Positions 56,719 to 64,000 of a DNA stretch of 64,000 nt are shown piece by piece; the stretch's first letter is position 1, and each line of letters opens with the position of its first letter. This DNA is from Streptosporangiaceae bacterium. GTDB taxonomy: Bacteria; Actinomycetota; Actinomycetes; Streptosporangiales; Streptosporangiaceae. A program made the position numbers and the translations under genes. The stretch lies in assembly GCA_036378315.1 (NCBI GenBank), contig DASUWU010000046.1:1253-65252 (forward strand), in the 5' to 3' direction. The notes under the pieces are model-generated. The model saw nothing but the letters and a program-made list of their open reading frames with translations. It made no database searches and was not told the DNA's origin.

Positions 56719-57039
56719 TCAGGCGTGGAAGCTCTCGACCCTGCTGTAGTGGAAGCCTTGGGTGCTCTTGCAGGCCGGACAGGTGTGGTCTTCCAGTGAG
56801 ATCGAGACCGGCCAGCCACGCTCCCATATCGTCTGGGCCCGGCAAGAGATTTCGACCATACAGTTCGCGCAATTGGCGACGATGCCGAATTTCGCCGCCT
56901 TGCGCACATGGTGGTTGGGATCGGTGAGGTGGTTGGCGAACGTCCGATGGTTTTCGGTGCCGGCCAACCCGGCCTTGCAGGCATTGAGAAGATCGGTCAG
57001 ATCCGCCTTGAGAACGTCCGCGTCGAAATGTAAGGGCAT
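56719..57039 (-). CDS. Cys-rich hypothetical protein (possible zinc ribbon)
   Basis: 106 aa with CANC...C...CPAC spacing. Composition is more A/T-rich than the neighbours. The RBS is weak or distant, so coding status is not certain. Confidence 0.4.
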   Translation of the reverse strand: MPLHFDADVLKADLTDLLNACKAGLAGTENHRTFANHLTDPNHHVRKAAKFGIVANCANCMVEISCRAQTIWERGWPVSISLEDHTCPACKSTQGFHYSRVESFHA

Positions 57040-57226
57040 CCGCAGGCCGCCTATCTACTCCAAGGGATCACCATCCAGGATCCATTGCGTTCTGTAATCA
57101 TGCGGCACCAGAGTTTTCGAAGCAATACGGCTATTGGGGGTTGACCGCGCCTCCAAGGCGCGGCGACGGGCTGGCGCGGCAGGAAAGCGCCCGCGCGGCG
57201 GGTTGCCGTTTTCCCCGCCGCGGAGG

Positions 57227-57537
57227 TCACGGTTTGCGGGCGACGCCGGCCACATGGCGCGCGGCTCGCCGGCGGGCGGATCGCCCGGGGCGCCACAGCG
57301 CCGTGGGGACGATGCCAGGGGCGAGCAGCTCCCAGCCGTCGAAGTACCGCGCGACAGGGTCAGCGGAATAGTGAGCGGACCAGCGAAATAGTTGTCCTTG
57401 CCGCCCAGCCAGTAGTCGTAGATGCCTGCTATGCGCGGGACGTTGGTGTTGAGATCGACCGGCGGCCGGTCGGCCGTCGCCACATCGAGTCCTTCCGTCC
57501 CTGGCCCTACGGGAACGGCCCTCGGGCTCCAAGCCAA
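57227..57537 (-). pseudogene. Remnant of a Methyltransf_19-like SAM methyltransferase (internal deletion plus frameshift)
   Basis: One frame gives NTNVPRIAGIYDYWLGGKDNYF, which parallels ARLYDYWLGGKDNF of the intact paralog at 31877..32713. Another frame gives RYFDGWELLAPGIVPTALWRPG...AGVARKP-stop, which parallels the paralog C-terminus LFEKLEVLDPGIVPVHQWRPDG...AGVGRRP. About 200 central codons are missing. Confidence 0.7.
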
Positions 57538-57540
57538 AGG

Positions 57541-58542
57541 CTAGACGCGCTCCGGGTCGCTGTCGGCTGCGGCGCCGGTCGCGGCGCTGGTTGCGGCGTT
57601 GCGGAGGAGGAGCTCGCCCGTACGGCGCAGCCTGTCGCGCAGCTCGGCGGGCTGGACGACGTGAAAGTCGGCGCCAACGGCGGCCAGCGTCCAGACGGGC
57701 CAGTCCAGCGAGTCGACGCTCATCAGCAGCCGGCAGGACCGCTCGCCGAGCGGCTCGACCACGCCCCACCGCGACACGACGCGGCGTACGTCGGCGGCCG
57801 CGGCAGCCACCTCGACGACGACCTCGTACCTGGCCGGCATCGAGGCGATCCGGTCGCGCACGAACGCCGCGGCGTCGCCGCCGGGCAGCTCGCGCGGCCG
57901 GAAGCGCGCGCCGGTCGGGCGCGGCTCGGCGAGCCGGTCGATCCGGAACGTGCGCCACCCGTGGCGTTCTGCGTCCCACGCGACGAGGTACCAGCGGCGG
58001 CCGAGCGACACCAGCCGGTGCGGCTCGACCAGCCGCGTCGTCTCGCGCCCGTCCCGCGCGGTGTAGCCGAACCGCAGCCGCTCGTCGTCGCGGCAGGCCT
58101 GGGCGATCACCGTCAGCGCGCCGGCGTCGACGGTCGGCCCGCCGCCCCAGAACGCGGGCACCGTGTAGGCCTGCAGCGCGTCGACCCGGCGGCGCAGCCG
58201 GGGCGGCATCACCTGCGTGACCTTGGTCAGCGCGCGTACGGAGGTCTCCTCGATGCCGTCGACGGCGCCGGCTGCCGCGGTGCGCAGGCCCACCGCGATG
58301 GCCACCGCCTCCTCGTCGTCGAGCAGCAGCGGCGGCATCGCGGCGCCCGACTGCAACTGGTAGCCGCCCGCGACGCCGCGGCTGGCGCTGACCGGATACC
58401 CCAGCTCGCGCAGGCGGTCGACGTCGCGGCGCAGCGTCCGCGCGCTGACCTCGAGCCGGTCGGCCAGCTCGTGGCCGGGCCAGAACCGGTGGGTCTGCAG
58501 CAACGACAGCAGCCGGAGCATCCGGGCACTCGTGTTCGTCAT
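57541..58542 (-). CDS. YafY-type HTH-WYL domain transcriptional regulator
   Basis: From the ATG at 58542: ARMLRLLSLLQTHRFWPGHELADRLEVSARTLRRDVDRLRELGYPV, then LVSLGRRWYLVAWD (WYL). The track ORF upstream extension was discarded. Confidence 0.88.
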   Translation of the reverse strand: MTNTSARMLRLLSLLQTHRFWPGHELADRLEVSARTLRRDVDRLRELGYPVSASRGVAGGYQLQSGAAMPPLLLDDEEAVAIAVGLRTAAAGAVDGIEETSVRALTKVTQVMPPRLRRRVDALQAYTVPAFWGGGPTVDAGALTVIAQACRDDERLRFGYTARDGRETTRLVEPHRLVSLGRRWYLVAWDAERHGWRTFRIDRLAEPRPTGARFRPRELPGGDAAAFVRDRIASMPARYEVVVEVAAAAADVRRVVSRWGVVEPLGERSCRLLMSVDSLDWPVWTLAAVGADFHVVQPAELRDRLRRTGELLLRNAATSAATGAAADSDPERV

Positions 58543-58605
58543 GAGTCCCAGATTCCTCTCAATTGCGGTCAGAAAGTGGCCGTTATCGATCCTAGCGTGG
58601 TGTCC

Positions 58606-59643
58606 ATGAACGCAACGATGATCCGCGCACGCGGACTGACCAGGCACTTCACGGTGAAGAAGGAGACGGTCGAAGCCGTCCGCGATCTCGACCTGGACGT
58701 CAGGCCGGGGGAGATGGTGGCGCTGCTCGGCCCGAACGGCGCAGGAAAGTCGACCACCCTCCGTATGCTCACCACCCTGCTGCGGCCCACGGCGGGCACC
58801 GCCGAGGTGGCCGGGCACGACATCGTGACCGATCCCCGCGCCGTACGCCGCCGGATCGGCTACATCGGCCAGGGCAACGGCGCCGGCCACAACCAGCGGG
58901 GCCGCGACGAGCTGGTCAGCCAGGGCCGGGCGTACGGGATGAGCACCGCCGCGGCGCGCGCCAGGGCCGCCGAGCTCATCTCGTCGCTCGACCTCGACGG
59001 CGTCGCCGACCGTGTCGTCTCCTCCCTGTCGGGCGGGCAGCGCCGGCGGTTGGACATCGCGATGGGGCTGATCCACGCCCCCGACCTGCTGTTCCTCGAC
59101 GAGCCCTCCACCGGCCTCGACCCGCAGAACCGGGCGAACCTCCAGGACCACATCCGCCGGCTGCGCGCCGAGCACGGCACCACGATCGTGCTGACCACCC
59201 ACTACCTGGACGAGGCCGACCAGCTCGCCGAGCGGGTCATCGTGATCGACCACGGCAGGCTCATCGCCGACGACACCCCGGCGCGGCTCAAGGCCGACCA
59301 CGCCGGCGACCGGATCTCCCTGACGTTCGACCGCGAGGACGAGGCGCGGCGGGCGGACGCGTACGCGGCCGGCATCGCCGAAAGCGCGCGGGTCGAGCGG
59401 CACGGCGCGAACCTCGTCCTGCGGGCCGCCGGCGGCACGCGGCTGGTGCCGAAGCTGCTGCGCGGGCTCGACGACGCCGGCATCGCGGTGGCCGCCGTCG
59501 AGGTGGCCAGGCCCACGCTCGACGACGTCTTCCTCAACCTGACCGGTCGCAGCCTCCGCGAGGACGGCGCCGCGCCCGGCGAGATCGCCCCGACCGACAA
59601 GACCGGCCGTCCAAACGCCCGCCAGGAGGAGTACGCCGCATGA
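58606..59643 (+). CDS. ABC transporter ATP-binding protein (DrrA-like)
   Basis: GPNGAGKSTTLRML, LSGGQRRRLDIAMGL, LLFLDEPSTGLD. Divergent from the WYL regulator. Confidence 0.92.
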   Translation: MNATMIRARGLTRHFTVKKETVEAVRDLDLDVRPGEMVALLGPNGAGKSTTLRMLTTLLRPTAGTAEVAGHDIVTDPRAVRRRIGYIGQGNGAGHNQRGRDELVSQGRAYGMSTAAARARAAELISSLDLDGVADRVVSSLSGGQRRRLDIAMGLIHAPDLLFLDEPSTGLDPQNRANLQDHIRRLRAEHGTTIVLTTHYLDEADQLAERVIVIDHGRLIADDTPARLKADHAGDRISLTFDREDEARRADAYAAGIAESARVERHGANLVLRAAGGTRLVPKLLRGLDDAGIAVAAVEVARPTLDDVFLNLTGRSLREDGAAPGEIAPTDKTGRPNARQEEYAA

Positions 59644-60425
59644 GCACCACCATGGTCACCAACACCATCACGAACCCGATCACCGGCACGGTCACCGACA
59701 CCGCCACTGTCTTCAGCCGCGAGCTGCGGCCGGTGCTGCGCAACCCGTTCTCCGTGATCTTCACGATCGTGCAGCCGCTGTTCTTCCTCGCGCTGTTCGC
59801 GCCGCTGCTGCCGGACACGGTGGGCGGCGAGCCGGCCCTGCAGTGGTTCGTCCCCGGCATCATCGTGATGTCCTGCCTGTTCGGCACCTCGACGACCGGG
59901 GCCAACCTGCTGCTCGAGATGCAGAGCGGGTCGCACGAGCGGATGCTGGTCTCGCCGCTCAGCCGGCCCGCGCTGATCGTGGGGCGGGCGCTGAAGGAGA
60001 CCGCGCCGATGTTCGCGCAGACGGCCTTCATCGTGGCGGTGACCATCCCGTTCGGCTTCCACCTGCACCTCGCCGGAGCTGTCGTCGGCCTCCTGCTCCT
60101 CGCGGTCTTCTGCGTCGGCCTCGGCGCGATGTCGTACGCGCTGGCGCTGGCGTCGAAGAGCCAGGACTGGATGTTCTGGGCGATCCAGCAGACGCTGCTG
60201 TTCCCGCTGCTGCTGCTCGCCGGGATGCTGCTGCCCATCGACGGCGGGCCGGGCTGGCTGCGGTTCCTCGCGCGCCTCAACCCGCTGTCCTACATCGTCG
60301 ACGCCGAACGCGCCATGTTCAGCGGCAGCGTGGTCTCCTCCACCGTCGGCGCGGGCGTGCTCGCCGCCGCGGCCGTGGCCGCCCTCGGCCTCTTCGTCGG
60401 CACCCGCATGATCCGCCGCGCCTGA
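59640..60425 (+). CDS. ABC-2 type transporter permease (DrrB-like)
   Basis: 261 aa with 6 predicted TM helices. Its start overlaps the ATPase stop. Confidence 0.85.
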   Translation: MSTTMVTNTITNPITGTVTDTATVFSRELRPVLRNPFSVIFTIVQPLFFLALFAPLLPDTVGGEPALQWFVPGIIVMSCLFGTSTTGANLLLEMQSGSHERMLVSPLSRPALIVGRALKETAPMFAQTAFIVAVTIPFGFHLHLAGAVVGLLLLAVFCVGLGAMSYALALASKSQDWMFWAIQQTLLFPLLLLAGMLLPIDGGPGWLRFLARLNPLSYIVDAERAMFSGSVVSSTVGAGVLAAAAVAALGLFVGTRMIRRA

Positions 60426-60544
60426 ACGGACACTCAGGCATCCCCGTGCTTCGGGGCCCGGCCGTCGGGGTGTCTCCCCGCTCCCCGGGGCGGGGGGACA
60501 CCGCGCATGGTGTCACGCACGTCCAAGGATGGCTAGCTAGAATT

Positions 60545-60841
60545 ATGGCTATGGAGACTTTGCCGATCACCGAGGCCAAGAACCGGTTCACCGAGCTTGC
60601 CGATCGCGCCGCCGCCGAGCACGACCACTTCACCGTGACCCGTAACGGGCATCCGCATGTCATGGTCGTCTCCGTTGCCGAGTGGGATGAGCTGCAGGAG
60701 ACCATCGCCGTGCTGTCCGATGCTCGGGCCCGCGCCGACCTGGCCGAGTCCGAGGAGGCCGCGCAGCGCGGTGACTTCACCACGGAAGAGGAGATGCAGG
60801 CGATACTCGACGCCAAACTCGGTCGCCGGAATGCGCCGTGA
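60545..60841 (+). CDS. Phd/YefM family antitoxin
   Basis: METLPITEAKNRFTELADRAAAEHDHFTVTRNGHPHVMVVSVAEWDELQETIAVLSD. Confidence 0.88.
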   Translation: MAMETLPITEAKNRFTELADRAAAEHDHFTVTRNGHPHVMVVSVAEWDELQETIAVLSDARARADLAESEEAAQRGDFTTEEEMQAILDAKLGRRNAP

Positions 60842-61110
60842 CCTCCCGATATTCCGTTCTGCTGACCCCTCCGGCCAGGCGGGCGCTCGCGGAGCAGCTG
60901 CCTCCCTCAGTGGCGGCTGCCGCGTGGGAGCTGATCTCCGGCGCCTTGGCGGACGATCCCTGGCGGGTCGGCAAGCCCCTGCACGAGCTATACGAGGGGC
61001 TGCATGCGGCCAGACGCGGCACCTACCGCGTCCTGTACAAGATCGACGAAGGTAAGCACGCGATAGAGATCCGCTCCATCCGCCACCGCGCGGACGCTTA
61101 TCGCACCTGA
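60838..61110 (+). CDS. RelE/ParE family type II toxin
   Basis: The GTG overlaps the antitoxin TGA. The 90-aa product contains GLHAARRGTYRVLYKIDEGKHAIEIRSIRHRADAY. Confidence 0.85.
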   Translation: MTSRYSVLLTPPARRALAEQLPPSVAAAAWELISGALADDPWRVGKPLHELYEGLHAARRGTYRVLYKIDEGKHAIEIRSIRHRADAYRT

Positions 61111-61454
61111 GCCGTGATCCGTCCAGCCGGACGCGGCCTCGTCATCGCCCGGCGGCACCGATGGACCTCCTGATCGCTTACGTTCGGTCATGAATCAGCG
61201 GAAGACGGTGCAAAGGTGCCCGTCGTCGTTCCACAATGAACGGTGCGTGACCCGGCCGTCACCTGTCCCGTCCGGCGCCCGCCCCGTGCGGACGGTCCAG
61301 CATCGTGGCCGGCTGCGGTCATGCGCTTGAGCGCGGCGGCCCGCACCGCGAACCTAGAAGGCTTTGCGAAGTTTTGCGGCGTCGCCTGACGTACGCGCAC
61401 GACGGGATGGGGATCCGACGATGACCTGCGCTGAGGTGCCGGGGGGCGGGCACG

Positions 61455-64000
61455 ATGGCTGAGGCGGCGGGGCAGGACGACCAAATCAGGCGGCTCGCCG
61501 AGCGCTCCCCGAACTTCGGGTTCCTGCTCCAGCACGAACCGCTGCTCGTCTTCGACGGCGCCACGGCCGAGGCGTGCGTGTACACCGACCCCAACATGGC
61601 CCTGGTGCGGGCGCGCCAGTTCGGCGAGGTGTTGGCCAGGAAGGTGGTCAGCGTCACCGGGACGCGGGTGCAGGGGCGCAACCAGGCCGACCGGCTGCGG
61701 GCGCTCAGCCAGTCGGGCGCCATCGTGCCCGAGATCCGGGCGGCGTTCGACCAGATCCGTACGGTCGGAAACCACGCGGTGCACGGCCACTACGCGGGGG
61801 TGCGGGCCGCGCTGACCGCCGTACGAACTTGCTTCGAGCTCGGCGTCTGGTTCCATCGCGCGGTCACCAGGAGCCGCGAGCCGATGGCGTTCGTGCCGCC
61901 GCCCGACCCGACCGCGCAGCCGGTGGACGCCGCCGACCGGGCCGAGCTGGACGCCGTCCTGGCGGAGCTCGGCGTCCAGCGCGACCGGCTCGCCGAGATC
62001 CGGTTGCGGCTCGACGACCAGACGTCGCTGCTGGAGGCGGAGCGCCGGGCGCGCGCGGACGCGGAGCGGTTGGTGCGGCAGGCGATGGCCGACCGGGACG
62101 GGCTGCACGCGCTCGTCGACCAGTTAAGCAGGCGCGTGGGCGAGCTCGAGGCGTCGTTCGAGCGGGCCACCAGGCCGCGACGGGTGTCGGCACTCGATCG
62201 TGAGGCGTTCATCGAGGACGCCCGGCGCGCCGCCAGCGAGCCGCGGACGGAACGCGAGGTCCGTGAAGAGGTCGACCGCATGCTGGTCGATGCCGGCTGG
62301 CTGGTGCAGGACGCCGGCGAGGAGAACCTCTTCGCCGGAACGGGGGTCGCGGTGCGGGAGGCGACGACCGCGACCGGCCCCGCCGACTACCTGCTGTACG
62401 TCGAGCAGAAGCTGGTCGGCGTGATCGAGGCCAAGCGGGAGGGGGTCGTGCTGTCCGCGGCCGAGCGGCAGACGGCCCGCTACGCCGAAGGGCTCACCCC
62501 GGGCCAGCGGCTGCGGGCGTGGCGGCTGCCGCTGCCGTTCCGGTACGAGACGACGGCGGTGGAGACGCATTTCACCAACGACCTCGACCCGAGCCCGCGA
62601 GCGCGTGCCGTGTTCTCGTTCCATCGTCCGGAGACGCTGGCGCGCTGGATGCGCGAGGCCGGGGCCGACCCCGAGGCGCCGACGCTGCGGGCCCGGCTGC
62701 GCCGCGGCCTGCCGGAGCTGGCCGACGACCGGCTCCGCCCGGCGCAGGACAGGTCGGTGCGCGGCCTGGAGGAGTCGCTGCGGCACGACCGGCCGCGCGC
62801 GCTGATCCAGATGGCCACCGGCGCGGGCAAGACGTTCGCCGCCGTCACGGCCTCCTACCGGCTGCTCAAGCACGGGGGCTTCGAGCGCGTCCTGTTCCTG
62901 GTGGACCGCAACAACCTCGGCAAGCAGGCGTACACCGAGTTCACCAACTACGTGACCCCGGACGACGGCCGGAAGTTCAGCGAGCTGTACAACGTGCAGC
63001 GGCTGGCCGGCGCCGGCATGCTCGGCTCGTCGAAGGTCGTGATCTCCACCGTGCAGCGGCTGCATGCGATGCTGCGCGGCCAGGAGCCGCCCGACCCCGA
63101 CGTCGAGGACGAGGCGTACGACTCCTGGGACGTGGACGAGCCGGTGGAGGTGCGCTACAACGCCGCCGTCCCGCCCGAGACGTTCGACCTGATCATCGTG
63201 GACGAATGCCACCGATCGATCTACGGCAGCTGGCGCTCGGTGCTGGAGTACTTCGACGCCTACCTCGTGGGGCTGACCGCCACGCCGGTCGCGCAGACGT
63301 TCGGGTTCTTCCACCAGAACCTGGTGAGCGAGTACACCTACACCGAGGCGGTCGCCGACGGCGTCAACGTCGACTTCAACGTCTACCGGATCCGTACCGA
63401 GCTGGGCGAGCAGGGCGGCACCATCCCGGCCGGCATCGTGGTGCCCAAGCGCGACCGGCGCACCCGGCGGCAGCGCTACGAGGAGCTGGACGAGGACTTC
63501 ACCTACGGCGGCAGCCAGATCGGCCGCAAGGTGATCAGCAAGGGGCAGCTCAAGCTCGTCCTCGAGACCTTCCGCGACAAGCTGTTCACCGAGATCTTCG
63601 CTCCGCAGCCCGGGCAGCCGCCGCGCCGGTACGTGCCCAAGACGCTGATCTACGCGGTCGACGACAACCACGCCCAGGAGGTCGTCGACATGGTCCGCGA
63701 GGTGTTCGGCGAGGGCAACGAGTTCTGCCAGAAGATCACCTACTCCGCGCGCAACCCCGACCGGCTGCTCGCCGCCTTCCGCAACAGCCCGGAGCTGCGC
63801 ATCGCGGTCACCGTCGACATGATCGCGACCGGTACGGACGTGCGGCCGCTGGAGTGCGTGTTCTTCCTGCGGGACGTCAAGAGCTGGGCCTACTTCGAGC
63901 AGATGAAGGGTCGCGGCGCCCGTACGGTCAGCCCGGACGAGATCCGCGCGGTCACCCCGGACGTGGTGAGCAAGGACCGTTTCGTCATCGTGGACGCGGT
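61455..64000 (+). CDS. hsdR: Type I restriction R-subunit-like helicase-nuclease with N-terminal DUF4145-like domain (C-terminus beyond window)
   Basis: My own translation from the ATG at 61455 gives MAEAAGQDDQIRRLAERSPNFGFLL. DUF4145-like: IRAAFDQIRTVGNHAVHG. Nuclease-like: ADYLLYVEQKLVGVIEAKRE. Walker A QMATGAGKT and DEAH-box IIVDECHRS are present. The ORF is open to the window end and absent from the track. Confidence 0.85.
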   Translation, partial: MAEAAGQDDQIRRLAERSPNFGFLLQHEPLLVFDGATAEACVYTDPNMALVRARQFGEVLARKVVSVTGTRVQGRNQADRLRALSQSGAIVPEIRAAFDQIRTVGNHAVHGHYAGVRAALTAVRTCFELGVWFHRAVTRSREPMAFVPPPDPTAQPVDAADRAELDAVLAELGVQRDRLAEIRLRLDDQTSLLEAERRARADAERLVRQAMADRDGLHALVDQLSRRVGELEASFERATRPRRVSALDREAFIEDARRAASEPRTEREVREEVDRMLVDAGWLVQDAGEENLFAGTGVAVREATTATGPADYLLYVEQKLVGVIEAKREGVVLSAAERQTARYAEGLTPGQRLRAWRLPLPFRYETTAVETHFTNDLDPSPRARAVFSFHRPETLARWMREAGADPEAPTLRARLRRGLPELADDRLRPAQDRSVRGLEESLRHDRPRALIQMATGAGKTFAAVTASYRLLKHGGFERVLFLVDRNNLGKQAYTEFTNYVTPDDGRKFSELYNVQRLAGAGMLGSSKVVISTVQRLHAMLRGQEPPDPDVEDEAYDSWDVDEPVEVRYNAAVPPETFDLIIVDECHRSIYGSWRSVLEYFDAYLVGLTATPVAQTFGFFHQNLVSEYTYTEAVADGVNVDFNVYRIRTELGEQGGTIPAGIVVPKRDRRTRRQRYEELDEDFTYGGSQIGRKVISKGQLKLVLETFRDKLFTEIFAPQPGQPPRRYVPKTLIYAVDDNHAQEVVDMVREVFGEGNEFCQKITYSARNPDRLLAAFRNSPELRIAVTVDMIATGTDVRPLECVFFLRDVKSWAYFEQMKGRGARTVSPDEIRAVTPDVVSKDRFVIVDA

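Noticed and set aside
57661-58600. N-terminal 315 codons of track ORF 57661..59643, and the N-terminal 287 codons of ORF 57541..59403.
   Set aside because: Each extension is antisense to the other gene's conserved region. Motif-bearing sequence starts at ATG 58606 (ABC ATPase) and ATG 58542 (WYL regulator), giving a normal 63-nt divergent promoter gap.

Overview
High-GC actinobacterial chromosomal segment, probably from a filamentous actinomycete (inferred from WhiJ/BldB-type loci and LprG-P55). I saw no rRNA, CRISPR array, transposase or integrase. Many long ORFs in the track are antisense or off-frame shadows typical of high-GC DNA and are not called. Left to right: ureC(partial)-ureB-ureA on the minus strand; dnaG followed by an RpoD-family sigma factor; efeO-efeB preceded by an IdeR-type iron box; a GH63-like hydrolase; tRNA-Asn; an SDR/TetR pair; a small secreted Cys protein; and two back-to-back regulator plus ABC-exporter operons. 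The most notable block is 19.5-28.0 kb. It holds a GAF-LytTR regulator, an FdhA-like formaldehyde dehydrogenase, a degenerate cupredoxin-like protein, a PQQ methanol/ethanol-family dehydrogenase with no signal peptide and the WDYD lanthanide-type signature, and a complete pqqABCDE set. Perfect tandem repeats flank pqqA. Further right: mntP behind a GTGACG repeat array; a WhiJ/BldB/anti-sigma-like locus with two extra small ORFs; a Clp-N protein; a SAM methyltransferase; a sugar isomerase-DUF993-Gfo/Idh/MocA operon with a LacI-type palindrome; lprG plus an MFS transporter; tRNA-Met with an A/T-rich flank; a ModA-like binding protein plus a fused permease-ATPase; an acid phosphatase; an amino-acid-oxidase-like flavoenzyme; an ECF sigma/anti-sigma/lipoprotein set; Mrp; a flavin-enzyme catabolic cluster with an AraC regulator; cynS; a type-B carboxylesterase; a Cys-rich orphan beside a decayed methyltransferase; WYL plus DrrAB-like ABC; a Phd/RelE TA pair; and a DUF4145-HsdR-like helicase-nuclease cut by the window edge. 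Functional calls rest on motif recognition from memory, not on database searches.
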